Origin: an uncultured Nitrososphaerota archaeon | Lineage (GTDB): Archaea > Thermoproteota > Nitrososphaeria > Nitrososphaerales > Nitrosopumilaceae | DNA length: 64,000 nt | Direction of reading: 5' to 3' | Assembly (NCBI GenBank): GCA_963701075.1 | Contig: OY969559.1 | Location: forward strand, 64,001-128,000 | In this document: positions 10,874 to 20,534 of the stretch, one piece after another | Numbering within the stretch: the first letter of the stretch is position 1 | Layout of the letters: every line of letters starts with the position of its first letter | Made by a program: the position numbers and the translations under genes | The notes under the pieces: model-generated | Databases searched by the model: none | What the model was told of the DNA's origin: nothing | Seen by the model: the letters and a program-made list of their open reading frames with translations, nothing else

Positions 10874-10886
10874 ATACTAATAGTAT
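10874..10886. promoter_or_regulatory. Palindromic operator ATACTA-A-TAGTAT directly after the TATA box
   Basis: TTTAAATA at 10866-10873, then the palindrome, then ATG at 10896. Confidence 0.5.
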
Positions 10887-10895
10887 AATGATCCT

Positions 10896-11093
10896 ATGAA
10901 GATTAAGTTGGATCCAACTGTAAAAAGAGAAACAACATCAATCAAGATAGACCCTACAATATGGAAGGAAGCAAAAAAAGATGCAATAGACAGAGATGTC
11001 GATTTGTCACAATTAGTAGAGATTGCGTTAAAGACATGGTTAGAAGACGAAGATCCAAAAAGAGTCAAAAATGAATTGAGGGAAAAAGAATAG
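10896..11093 (+). CDS. Ribbon-helix-helix protein
   Basis: RETTSIKIDPTIWKEAKKDAIDRDVDLSQLVEIALKTWL. Confidence 0.8.
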   Translation: MKIKLDPTVKRETTSIKIDPTIWKEAKKDAIDRDVDLSQLVEIALKTWLEDEDPKRVKNELREKE

Positions 11094-11465
11094 ATGCTTT
11101 ACCCAATAGAATATAGACAGAATCTAAAATTCATAGGAGACAAGGTACGCAAGTATTCTGATATGCTGCATCAGTATGGTGATGAAGAAAACGATATCGA
11201 TATGAAAATACAGTGGTATGCACTAGGCATGCTTTGTGAGTCAGTAGGTTACCAATATCAGATTACTACTAGCCACTTACAAGATCTTAACTCCTTATCT
11301 GACGCCATAGAAAAATTACCAAAGAGTGCAGAATTTGATGATCTCAAGGAAGCGTTACGTAAAACAAGTGAAAGGGTGAAGCAAACGCTAGAGCCTATCA
11401 AAGAGGCTTACGACAAGGCACGAGCTTTTGAAAAGAGGATGATTGAGAATGGAGTCTACACATAA
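11094..11465 (+). CDS. Helical hypothetical protein, paralog A
   Basis: Starts immediately after the RHH stop; aligns without gaps to the next ORF. Confidence 0.65.
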   Translation: MLYPIEYRQNLKFIGDKVRKYSDMLHQYGDEENDIDMKIQWYALGMLCESVGYQYQITTSHLQDLNSLSDAIEKLPKSAEFDDLKEALRKTSERVKQTLEPIKEAYDKARAFEKRMIENGVYT

Positions 11466-11805
11466 TCAAATCATAAGCAAAGAAACGTTATCAAATCTAA
11501 AAGATTTGCGCAAGGATTGCAAATGTATGAAGGATGCATTCCTAAAGGAATCAACTCACGAGTCAGATCCGCTAGTAAAAACATTCTACAAGTCTATCGC
11601 AGCTTCGTTTGTGAATGCGGAATTGATATCTTCGTGGGTAGAATTATCGCTTGTTGCGATTAATAATCTGGGCAAGGCCATAGACAAATTACCTAACAAA
11701 CAGAGGTGTGACACCCCAAGAAAAGAACTGGGGAATCAAAAAAAGAGAGCCAGAACAGAACTAATAGAAAAATCATTCAAAAAGACGAAAAATAACAAGA
11801 AATAA
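11449..11805 (+). CDS. Helical hypothetical protein, paralog B (may be fused to A)
   Basis: Shares the NLK...ExD...K...LxxxNxLxxAIxKLP pattern with paralog A. Confidence 0.6.
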   Translation: MESTHNQIISKETLSNLKDLRKDCKCMKDAFLKESTHESDPLVKTFYKSIAASFVNAELISSWVELSLVAINNLGKAIDKLPNKQRCDTPRKELGNQKKRARTELIEKSFKKTKNNKK

Positions 11806-11879
11806 GTCAAATATCAAAGATGCTTATAACATAAACGACTAGAGCATTAGCAAACTAAATCAGAAAAACCCGACTTGCA

Positions 11880-13349
11880 TTAGCCTTTGTTTTTTATCAA
11901 TGACAGTACCTTGCTATTCAACACTTCAATAACTTCTCTTGTCTCATTAGTCCTTTTGTTGGTGCCTGTAATGTAGGCTTGGACTTTGCGTTTCCTATCA
12001 GCAATCATGCGTTGTTGTTCGTGTTTTCCTGCAGAGCCTTGTGATTTCCTAGTTTCAAGTGAAGATTCAGGTGTTGTTGACTGGATTATTTTATACAATT
12101 CCCTTGGGTCTATTTCATTACTTGAGATCACATTTTTTATCTCACTAGTTGAAAGGGCAGAGAGTGGCTTTTTTGAATTGGAAGCAATTTGAACTAGATT
12201 ACCAACAATTTTGTGTGCAGCCCTGAAAGGAATTCCTTTTCTTACCAGAGCTTCTGCAATATCAAGAGATATTGAATATCCACCATCTATTGCTTGACGC
12301 AATTTCTTTTCATTTACTTTCATAGTCTTAAGAAGCGAGTTTGCAACCAAGAGTGATGATATTATTATTTTAGATGTTGGCCATATTGAGACCTTGATTT
12401 GTTGCAAGTCCCTATTGTATCCAGATGGCAATCCCTTGAGGTTTGACAATACTGCCATCTGGTACCCAATAACCTGTGATGTCTTTCCGCGAATCAACTC
12501 CAGTACGTCTGGATTTTTCTTTTGTGGCATCACGCTAGAAGTCGAAGTAAACCTATCAGAGAGTTCAATGAAAGAAAACTCGGATGTAGACCAGATAATG
12601 AAATCCTCTGCCATTCGGCTCAGGTTTGTCATCAGTATTGCCGCGTTTCCAAGATATTCAGCAACAAAGTCACGGGAAGTTGTTGCATCAATAGAATTTT
12701 CCACCAGGCCCTTGAAGCCAAGCATCTTGGCAGTATATTGCCTATCAATAGGAATACTGGTTCCACCTACAGGACCAGCCCCTAGTGGAGACTCGTTGAC
12801 TCGTCCGTATGCCACATAGAACCTATCAAGATCCCGGAAGAGCGCATCTGCATATGCAAGAAGAAAGTGAGAAAACAACCCAACCTGGGCCTGCTGTGTG
12901 TGAGTATACAATGGCATTATAACACGTTGGTTCTTCTCTGCCAGATCAATGAGAGTCTCTATTGTCTGATTCAGACAAAAGCAGACCATATTGATATCAT
13001 CGCGAATCTTCATTCGAATATCAAGTGCCACTTGATCATTTCTTGATCTTGCCGTATGCATCTTTCCTCCAACTTCCTTTCCTGCCTTCTTTATAACCAG
13101 GGATTCTATGAGCTCATGAATATCTTCTGCTTCAGATTTTTCTGAAATATCTTCTTTTTTTAACTTTTCAAGTGCACTTAGAATCTTGATTGTCTCTTTC
13201 CTGTTGATAATTTTATTTTCTAAAAGCATCAGTGTGTGGGCCTGACTTCCCAGAATATCATACGAGGCAATTGCAAAGTCGTCAGAAATTGATGAAAGAA
13301 ATTCTAATGTGACATCGTCTAACTTTCCGTCTAATCTAGACCTGTACAT
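11880..13349 (-). CDS. argH: Argininosuccinate lyase
   Basis: HTARSRNDQV, TSSVMPQKKNPD, GYNRDLQ; probable start MYRSRL. Confidence 0.96.
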   Translation of the reverse strand: MYRSRLDGKLDDVTLEFLSSISDDFAIASYDILGSQAHTLMLLENKIINRKETIKILSALEKLKKEDISEKSEAEDIHELIESLVIKKAGKEVGGKMHTARSRNDQVALDIRMKIRDDINMVCFCLNQTIETLIDLAEKNQRVIMPLYTHTQQAQVGLFSHFLLAYADALFRDLDRFYVAYGRVNESPLGAGPVGGTSIPIDRQYTAKMLGFKGLVENSIDATTSRDFVAEYLGNAAILMTNLSRMAEDFIIWSTSEFSFIELSDRFTSTSSVMPQKKNPDVLELIRGKTSQVIGYQMAVLSNLKGLPSGYNRDLQQIKVSIWPTSKIIISSLLVANSLLKTMKVNEKKLRQAIDGGYSISLDIAEALVRKGIPFRAAHKIVGNLVQIASNSKKPLSALSTSEIKNVISSNEIDPRELYKIIQSTTPESSLETRKSQGSAGKHEQQRMIADRKRKVQAYITGTNKRTNETREVIEVLNSKVLSLIKNKG

Positions 13350-13399
13350 CAATTTAGGAAATAGAATGGTTATATATAGCATAGACGCTTTTTTGATTT

Positions 13400-13720
13400 A
13401 TGGCTCAGGCATCTACAGATTTGAGAAGACAGATCTTCGATGAGTTGACAAAAGTAGTTGATCCAGAAATCAATGTCTCAATAATGGAGCTTGAATTGAT
13501 AGATAATATTGATATTGTAGGTCCAGATGTCAAAGTAGATTTGCACCTTACCAGTCCTTTCTGTCCTGCAATATTTGGATTTAAGATTGCCCAAGATGTT
13601 CATGACAACTTGTTGAAGATAGATGGAGTAAGCGATGTGAAAGTGAATGTCTCAAATCATTTCATGGCCGAAGCCATCAACAATCAGGTAAACTCTAGTA
13701 AAAACCCTAAAAAGCCTTAG
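13400..13720 (+). CDS. DUF59/SufT/MIP18 Fe-S cluster assembly protein
   Basis: VVDPEI...LTSPFCP. Confidence 0.9.
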   Translation: MAQASTDLRRQIFDELTKVVDPEINVSIMELELIDNIDIVGPDVKVDLHLTSPFCPAIFGFKIAQDVHDNLLKIDGVSDVKVNVSNHFMAEAINNQVNSSKNPKKP

Positions 13721-13733
13721 AGAGAGAAAAAGA

Positions 13734-14513
13734 CTATTTTCTAAATCCTAACAGATATCCTCTGAGTAGTTGTATTGCCATTGCTGGGTCCACTCCCTTG
13801 GGGCACACATTGCTACACGAGCCGGCAAAATGACATCTCCATATTCCATGAGACTGATCAACTATTTTGAGCCTCTCCTTTTTCCCTTGATCTCTATTAT
13901 CTGCGGTGTATCGGTAGGCTTGGGCAAGACCTTGCGGTCCAACAAATGACTTGTCTGTTGCCATGGTTGGGCAGGCAGAGTTGCATAAACCGCATTTGAT
14001 ACAATATGAGAATTGCAAAAACTTTTCAAGATCTTGCGGAGTCTGGATGAATTCCTTGGTACCCGGTAGTACCTCCGATTCCTCGTTTACAATGAATGGT
14101 TTCATCTTCTTATGGGTAGAGAAGAGCTGCTTGAAGTCAACTGCCAAATCTCTAATTATAGGAAAATTGTTCATCGGCTCTACTGTAATAACATTTGATT
14201 CAAGTTCAGAGACCTTGGTATAGCAAGCAAGGCGAGGCTTGCCATTAATTTTCATCCCACATGAACCACATGATGCCTGTCTACAAGAGTATCTAACAGC
14301 AACGGAATGATCAAGGCTCTGTTTTACATATAGAATTGCTTCAAGTACAGTGGTCCATTTTTGGACCGGGATCTTGAACTCTTCAAATTTTGCTTCTGCA
14401 TTCTCTGATGGGTTTGACCTAGATATTCGAAGTGTTATTGTCTTTGGCTTTGACGGTGCAGGAGCGGGAGTAATTGTTTCTGCTTGTTCCTTTGGAACCT
14501 CTACTGTTGCCAT
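13734..14513 (-). CDS. sdhB: Succinate dehydrogenase Fe-S subunit
   Basis: SCRQASCGSC, CIKCGLCNSACP, CHFAGSCSNVCP. Confidence 0.96.
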   Translation of the reverse strand: MATVEVPKEQAETITPAPAPSKPKTITLRISRSNPSENAEAKFEEFKIPVQKWTTVLEAILYVKQSLDHSVAVRYSCRQASCGSCGMKINGKPRLACYTKVSELESNVITVEPMNNFPIIRDLAVDFKQLFSTHKKMKPFIVNEESEVLPGTKEFIQTPQDLEKFLQFSYCIKCGLCNSACPTMATDKSFVGPQGLAQAYRYTADNRDQGKKERLKIVDQSHGIWRCHFAGSCSNVCPKGVDPAMAIQLLRGYLLGFRK

Positions 14514-14515
14514 GG

Positions 14516-14856
14516 TTAGAGCCCCACTCCAGCCATCAATATAGTTCTTGAACCATAGGCTACCAAAACAATCATTGCTACAATCGAACCATAGTTAATT
14601 GCTCTTTCATATACAACACCTTGCTTTACTCCAATAGAATAACCCGCAGTCCATTGAATCCATGTACGGATAACAAGATCAGTATCACTTCAAGCATAAG
14701 CGCATACGGTAAAAAGTGATAATTTGCAATTACATTTTGATATTGTAACGAATCAGAGAATTTCTGTGACAGTCTCATGAGAATGTGTACAGCTACTAGT
14801 GCCACTGCTCCAAGCGCAGTTCCATAATGTATCTTCATGATTATGCTTTCTCGCAT
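14516..14856 (-). CDS. sdhD: Succinate dehydrogenase membrane anchor (1-nt deletion near 14628)
   Basis: MRESIIMKIHY...HGFNGLRVILLE; restoring AGCT gives ELKQGVVYERAINYG...AGVGL-stop just before sdhB. Confidence 0.85.
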
Positions 14857-14857
14857 C

Positions 14858-15292
14858 TTAATCACCAAATAATACTCCAGCACCATACATCATTGCCAAT
14901 GCTGCAAGTGCTATTGAGACCCAAATGCAAAGCCTCTGCTTGGAGTTCAGCGAAGAAGCGCGATACGGATATTCAGGTTGTCCAGGCTTTCCTACACCCT
15001 TTCCACCTTCGCTTATCATAAGTCGTATTCCATTTCCAGTATGAAAAACACACATTCCTATTACAAGTACAAGTACCATATGACCCCCTGGAGTCTCCGT
15101 TAGTGACAGCATATTGTTCCATGCAGCCTTTCCGTTGAGAATTGTACTTGTCTCGTAAATGTGGCCAATCAGATATGCAAGCAGGCCAAGCCCACTCAGC
15201 CTTTGCATCCAATATGCAACTCTTTCTAACCCATAACGAGTTGGATTTATCATTCCCTTGATGCCTTCACGGTTGGAGAATTGTTTGGCCAT
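14858..15292 (-). CDS. sdhC: Succinate dehydrogenase cytochrome b subunit
   Basis: QRLSG, FHTGNGIR, three TM segments. Confidence 0.9.
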   Translation of the reverse strand: MAKQFSNREGIKGMINPTRYGLERVAYWMQRLSGLGLLAYLIGHIYETSTILNGKAAWNNMLSLTETPGGHMVLVLVIGMCVFHTGNGIRLMISEGGKGVGKPGQPEYPYRASSLNSKQRLCIWVSIALAALAMMYGAGVLFGD

Positions 15293-17004
15293 CAGTATTT
15301 TCTCTCCACTGGCTTGTATTTAGTAATAGTGACAGGATGAGTCTTGATAACTGGCTCTTTTGTGTCAAAGTAAACTAGAGTGTGAGCCAAAAAGTTCTTG
15401 TCGTCTCTGTCAGGATAGTCAGTTCTTGCGTGAGCTCCTCGAGATTCTTTTCTCCAAATTGCACCCATCAAAATTACTTCAGATACCCGAAACATGGAAT
15501 CAAGTTCCATCACATTTGTAAAGTTTGTATTGTACTCTTTAGCTTTGTCGTCTACATGTTTCCATGTTTTTTGTCTTAATGCTCTTACCAACTTGAGGCC
15601 ATCAACAAGATCAGTTTCATTTCTAAAAACGTAAGACTTGTTATTCATTATCTCTGTTAGTTCCTGTCTAACCTCGTATGGATTTACACTGCCTGTGCCT
15701 CGAAATATTCCATCATAGATCCTTTTTTCCTCAGTCGCAACCAAATGCAATGGAAATGGCGGAGAGGATGTTTCTTCTAAAATGTATTTAGCGGCAAGTT
15801 CACCTGTAATTTTACCCCATACAAGACACTCGGCAGTAGAGTTTGCACCTAACCTGTTTGCTCCATGAACGCTGTTGCATGCAGCTTCTCCTGCTGCCCA
15901 TATGCCTTGAATTTCAGTTGCCCCGTCTATGTTACTGTGAATTCCGCCCATCATGTAATGGCATACTGGTCGGACATCTACCGGCTCATTAGCCGGGTCA
16001 ATTCCTGAGAATTTCAGTGATATCTCGCGTATTGCAGGAAGTTTTCTTATAATCAATTCTTTTCCCAGATGCCTCAAATCTAGTTTTAGGCAATCCACTC
16101 CAGTATCGTGTTTGAAGCCATGTCCTTGGTTGATTTCAGTAATCATGGCACGTGATACGACATCTCTTGATGCAAGCTCTAGTTTGCTTGGGGCATACTT
16201 TTTCATAAAACGCTCACCCTTGTTGTTAAGAAGATACCCACCTTCCCCTCTGGCACCCTCTGTAATCAAAATTCCCGAAGGCAGTATGCCAGTAGGATGG
16301 AATTGAACAAACTCCATGTCCTTTAGCGCCATTCCAGCCCGGTATGCCATATCCAGACCATCAGGAGTTGAAGCTAGCGCATAAGTTGAAAAACTGTATA
16401 CCCTTCCTGCTCCGCCGGTAGCAATAATCAATGCCTTTGCCTTGAATGTATAGAAAGTGCCACTTGAGATCTCGATGGCGGTAATACCACAAAACTTTTG
16501 GCCATCATGAACTATTGACGTAACAAACCATTCGTTATAGAACTCAATGTTGTCAAATTTTTGGCATGTATCATACAAAGTCTGCATTTCATAAAATCCT
16601 ACTTTGTCTTGAGCATACGTTGCCCTTGGAAAGCTATATCCTCCAAAGTTTCTCTGGCCAATTCTTCCATCATCTCTCCTTGACCATGGCATTCCCCAAT
16701 GTTCAAGTTGATAGACCTCAGATGGCATCTCATTGACGAGTCTCTCAATTACATCTTGATCGCCAAGAAAATCGCTCCCCTTTACAGTGTCATAAACATG
16801 AGACTCTATTGTGTCACCATCTTCAGGATATAGAACAGCTGCAGTGCCACCTTCAGCAGAAACAGAATGTGAACGCATAACTTGTAGTTTTGAGATAACG
16901 GTGATTTTGATATGCGGGGCAATCCTTGCTGCCTGAATCGCTGCTCTCAGTCCAGCAAGACCAGAACCTACGATTAGAAGATCACTGTCAATACTGTTAA
17001 CCAT
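15292..17004 (-). CDS. sdhA: Succinate dehydrogenase flavoprotein
   Basis: GSGLAG, RSHSVSAEGG, QFHPTG, HGANRLGANS. Confidence 0.97.
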   Translation of the reverse strand: MVNSIDSDLLIVGSGLAGLRAAIQAARIAPHIKITVISKLQVMRSHSVSAEGGTAAVLYPEDGDTIESHVYDTVKGSDFLGDQDVIERLVNEMPSEVYQLEHWGMPWSRRDDGRIGQRNFGGYSFPRATYAQDKVGFYEMQTLYDTCQKFDNIEFYNEWFVTSIVHDGQKFCGITAIEISSGTFYTFKAKALIIATGGAGRVYSFSTYALASTPDGLDMAYRAGMALKDMEFVQFHPTGILPSGILITEGARGEGGYLLNNKGERFMKKYAPSKLELASRDVVSRAMITEINQGHGFKHDTGVDCLKLDLRHLGKELIIRKLPAIREISLKFSGIDPANEPVDVRPVCHYMMGGIHSNIDGATEIQGIWAAGEAACNSVHGANRLGANSTAECLVWGKITGELAAKYILEETSSPPFPLHLVATEEKRIYDGIFRGTGSVNPYEVRQELTEIMNNKSYVFRNETDLVDGLKLVRALRQKTWKHVDDKAKEYNTNFTNVMELDSMFRVSEVILMGAIWRKESRGAHARTDYPDRDDKNFLAHTLVYFDTKEPVIKTHPVTITKYKPVERKY

Positions 17005-17074
17005 GGTTCGACATCTTCCTTTTCACACTTCATAAATATGTCTTGTGAAGGACTGATGTCAGAATCGTTAATAT

Positions 17075-17100
17075 ATATCGCTAGCGATATCACTAGTGAT
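17075..17100. promoter_or_regulatory. Two abutting 12-bp palindromes, ATCGCTAGCGAT and ATCACTAGTGAT
   Basis: At 17077-17088 and 17089-17100, between a TATA-like box and the PadR start. Confidence 0.65.
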
Positions 17101-17608
17101 GATTTCGGATTGGTTTCAAAGAGTAGGAAGTTCAATTCCTAGAGGATTTTCAAGATACTTCATTTTAGAGGCATTAAAGAAGAAACCAAGTACTGGAAAG
17201 GAGATAATAGATGTAGCAACTGCTCAAAGTGGAGGAAAGTGGAAACCCTCTCCTGGACTGATATATCCTCTACTTGGGAGATTGCTAGATGAAGGACTCA
17301 TAGAGGAGACAAAAGATGGCAAATATCAGATAACCAAGAAAGGAAGAATAGTTTCAGAAGACCTTGAGGCTTTGGATAAGATAGTCAAGAACCAACTTGA
17401 TGTAATTTTTAGAATAGGCGATATTGGCAAATTTGTAGCCATGGATCTGATAGAACGAATCAATACAATTGGGAACTCGCTTAGTTCAAACGTTTCATAC
17501 ATGACCAAGGATGAGACCCAGCGATACAGAAAATTCCTAGAATCCGAGCTGCGAAAGATGGAATCTGCTGAAAAAAAGTCCCAGGGCAAGGAAATCAGGA
17601 TCAATTAA
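17096..17608 (+). CDS. PadR-family transcriptional regulator
   Basis: WKPSPGLIYPLLGRLLDEGLI, YQITKKG. Confidence 0.9.
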   Translation: MMISDWFQRVGSSIPRGFSRYFILEALKKKPSTGKEIIDVATAQSGGKWKPSPGLIYPLLGRLLDEGLIEETKDGKYQITKKGRIVSEDLEALDKIVKNQLDVIFRIGDIGKFVAMDLIERINTIGNSLSSNVSYMTKDETQRYRKFLESELRKMESAEKKSQGKEIRIN

Positions 17609-17641
17609 GCAATAAATAATTGTAAAACATTATAGCGACAG

Positions 17642-18505
17642 TTGAAAAGCATTAGAAAATTAGTATATGACAAGTCAAAGCCTCTTGTTTTTCCTGGCGT
17701 GTATGATGCAATTACGGCCAGAATAGCCCAAAAAGCAGGGTTTGAGGCTATGTTTCAAACGGGATATGGAACTTCAGCCGCGTTGCTTGGGATGCCCGAT
17801 TATGGTTTTATTGGATCCACGGAAACTATTGAAAATGCAAGACGAATTTGCAAATCTGTTTCAGTTCCAGTAATAGTTGATGCTGATACAGGGTATGGAA
17901 ACCCTTTGAGTGTATGGAAACTTGTTAACGAATTAGAAGCGGTTGGAGCCGCCGGTATTTTCCTAGAAGATCAGAAATGGCCAAAGAGGTGCGGGCACAT
18001 GTCAGGAAAGGAAGTAATTGCCAAGGAGGAATACAGTGAAAAACTCAGGGCGGCAGTAGATGCTAGAAAAAGTAACGACTTCATGATAGTAGCAAGGACC
18101 GATGCTCGCGCAACTGAGGGCTTGGATGCTGCAATTGAGCGGGGCCTTTTGTACAAGGATATAGGAGCAGATGCCATATTCGTAGAAGCCCCCAAATCAG
18201 TTGATGAAATGAAAAAGATAGGAAGATCGATAAAGGCACCATTGGTAGCAAACATGATAGAAGGAGGAGCTACGCCGCTACTTTCTTCAAGCGAGATACA
18301 CAAGATGGGGTTCAATCTCATTCTTTACCCACTATCCGTATTGTATGCCAATACATTTGCAACAATGCAAATTCTAAAGGAGTTAAGAAAGAGCGGAACT
18401 ACTGCAAAGCTAAGAGACAGGCTTGTTGATTTCGATCAGTTCAATGAAATTGTAGAATTATCGAAATTCAAAAAGATGGAAGACAAGTACGAAACAAAGT
18501 CATAG
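17642..18505 (+). CDS. Isocitrate lyase/PEP mutase family enzyme (methylisocitrate lyase-like)
   Basis: DADTGYG, EDQKWPKRCGH, ARTDA. Confidence 0.88.
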   Translation: MKSIRKLVYDKSKPLVFPGVYDAITARIAQKAGFEAMFQTGYGTSAALLGMPDYGFIGSTETIENARRICKSVSVPVIVDADTGYGNPLSVWKLVNELEAVGAAGIFLEDQKWPKRCGHMSGKEVIAKEEYSEKLRAAVDARKSNDFMIVARTDARATEGLDAAIERGLLYKDIGADAIFVEAPKSVDEMKKIGRSIKAPLVANMIEGGATPLLSSSEIHKMGFNLILYPLSVLYANTFATMQILKELRKSGTTAKLRDRLVDFDQFNEIVELSKFKKMEDKYETKS

Positions 18506-18541
18506 AAAATAACAAAAAAGAAAGGTTTCCGTCAAGGCTTC

Positions 18542-18823
18542 CTAAGAGTTTCTCTTTACTTCTATGTCTATAGTAGAAACATTCCTAGAGCGTCCATCTT
18601 GTGATTGAAGTTGTTCTGATCCAATCTTGATGTTTCCTATTGAGTAACCAGCATTTTCTGTCTTTCGTGCAATTATTTGTGCTACGTCAACTGCACGGCC
18701 AATGCTTAGCCCTCTTGCCTTGATAGATATCCTTGGTTGATTTGCCAACTGTATGAGCGAAGAAGTAACGTACGCCATCAGTGGCTTCTTGCCGATGTAG
18801 ATAGTTTCTCTAGATTCGGACAT
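18542..18823 (-). CDS. alba: Alba DNA/RNA-binding protein
   Basis: IGKKPLMAYV, KARGLSIGRAVDVA. Confidence 0.95.
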   Translation of the reverse strand: MSESRETIYIGKKPLMAYVTSSLIQLANQPRISIKARGLSIGRAVDVAQIIARKTENAGYSIGNIKIGSEQLQSQDGRSRNVSTIDIEVKRNS

Positions 18824-18876
18824 GCGTTCCCTGTCTCTTGGGATAATTTAAATCTAAGAATGCAAGAATTGCAGCA

Positions 18877-19284
18877 ATGAAGTTTCTCCTCGTATTACTT
18901 TTTGCTCTTGCAATAATTGGAATTAATTCGGCATATGGATATGGCGAAGTTTCTGTATCTAATTTCAAGGTAGTTAATTCTCTTGGAGAAGAGATCAATT
19001 CTCCGGTAGTAGACCAACAACTTAACTTACAAACATCGCTGCAAAATGTGAGCCAAAACGAGGTAGACTGGGCATATGTTGTTCAGGTAATTGATTCAAG
19101 CGGAGCTATATCAGATCTAAATTATGCCACAGGTTCCCTTGTTGCCAATCAAACTCTTACCGCAGCTCTTTCTTGGACGCCACATGCAAGCGGAACATAC
19201 GAAATTCAGATACTGGTCTGGGATAATTTACGCGATATAGATCCGCTTGCACCTGTGTCAACATTTAACATGACCGTGACTTGA
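18877..19284 (+). CDS. Secreted Ig-like beta-sandwich protein
   Basis: Signal peptide; LSWTP..GTYEIQILVW. Confidence 0.75.
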   Translation: MKFLLVLLFALAIIGINSAYGYGEVSVSNFKVVNSLGEEINSPVVDQQLNLQTSLQNVSQNEVDWAYVVQVIDSSGAISDLNYATGSLVANQTLTAALSWTPHASGTYEIQILVWDNLRDIDPLAPVSTFNMTVT

Positions 19285-19296
19285 TTTTTAAAAAAG

Positions 19297-19370
19297 TGGA
19301 CCGGGTGGGATTTGAACCCACGATCTCACCCATGCCAAGGGCGTATCCTACTAGGCTAGACGACCGGCCC
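19297..19370 (-). tRNA. tRNA-Ala(GGC)
   Basis: GGGCCGG/CCGGTCC with G3-U70; anticodon loop TTGGCAT. Confidence 0.95.
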
Positions 19371-19502
19371 GATTTTAATCAGAGTAGGAATCTGATTTGC
19401 ATTAACTTTTTTTGTGAGGTTATTAACGTTTAGCGTGACTCAGAAAATTAGCTTGACCAAAATAGCATAAGATATTTAACTATCAAGAATGGAATTCTTC
19501 GC

Positions 19503-20342
19503 GTGGTAGTAGAAAGTAAAGCAATAATTTCCTACATTCAAATTCAAAAAGAAGACTTGGCAGTTTTCAGATTTAAACCAAAAGAAGGAGAACTGCCCCA
19601 ATACAAGTCAGGCCAATTTTTAACTCTAGGTGCCCATATACAATCAGAGAATAAAGTAATCAGAAGAGCTTACTCGATTGCCTCAAATCCAGAAAACAGA
19701 AAGTACATTGAACTATACATAAGATGGGTCAGAAAACCGCTTCCTGGTCGCCTTACAACAGTTTTGTTTAGCGCAAAAGAAGGAGATGAAATTACTTGGA
19801 TAAAGCCTACCGGGGCCTTTACCATTGAAGAAAAGAAACCCAACGGAGACCCAGACGACAGAAGAATTGTTTGCTTAGGGGGCGGTACAGGTCTAGCCCC
19901 GTTTGTCAGTTATGCACGTCATCTTCATGATACTGGAAGCAAGAGAGAGATAGTTGTTTTGCATGGAGCAAGCTATGTAGATGAGCTTGGCTACAGGGAG
20001 GAACTGACTCAGCTTGAAGAAGAAAGTCTAGACCGAGGCAAAGACAAGTTCAACTTTAGGTATAGATCAGCTATCAGTCGACCCGATGAATGGTTCAACA
20101 GAACTTGGAACGGGCAAAAAGGAAGAGTAGAGACTTTCTTGCAGTCAAAAAATGGAGAGATGTCACCACTTGAGAAACTGGTTGGAGAGAAAATTACCAA
20201 GGATAATACAGTGTTTTTCATTTGTGGCTGGCAGGGAACCATAGATGGATGTCTCGACGTGTTGACTCCAAAAGGATTTGTAACTGAGAGAACCAAAAGA
20301 CCTGACAAAAGCTTTGAGATAAAATACGAGTCCTACGGATAG
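19503..20342 (+). CDS. Ferredoxin-NADP+ reductase
   Basis: RRAYSIAS, GGGTGLAPF, FICG. Confidence 0.9.
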   Translation: MVVESKAIISYIQIQKEDLAVFRFKPKEGELPQYKSGQFLTLGAHIQSENKVIRRAYSIASNPENRKYIELYIRWVRKPLPGRLTTVLFSAKEGDEITWIKPTGAFTIEEKKPNGDPDDRRIVCLGGGTGLAPFVSYARHLHDTGSKREIVVLHGASYVDELGYREELTQLEEESLDRGKDKFNFRYRSAISRPDEWFNRTWNGQKGRVETFLQSKNGEMSPLEKLVGEKITKDNTVFFICGWQGTIDGCLDVLTPKGFVTERTKRPDKSFEIKYESYG

Positions 20343-20390
20343 TCAAATTTCATTTGAAAAGATAATATTCTATCATTCTGGCCAGACTAC

Positions 20391-20464
20391 GGGGACGTAG
20401 GTTAGCTTGGCAGACTGCCAGCCTCGGGCGCTGGATGTCGTGGGTTCAAGTCCCATCGTCCCCA
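20391..20464 (+). tRNA. tRNA-Pro(CGG)
   Basis: GGGGACG/CGTCCCC; CCAGC-CTCGGGC-GCTGG. Confidence 0.95.
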
Positions 20465-20534
20465 TTTTCAAATTGGAATATTTTGATCAAATTCAGTCAA
20501 GGATTGAAATATACCAGACAAATATAGAAGGCAA

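Noticed and set aside
14516-14856. sdhD, IMPase, acetyltransferase and CoA ligase as pseudogenes or programmed frameshifts
   Set aside because: No slippery sequences; both halves are undecayed; all breaks are at AGCT
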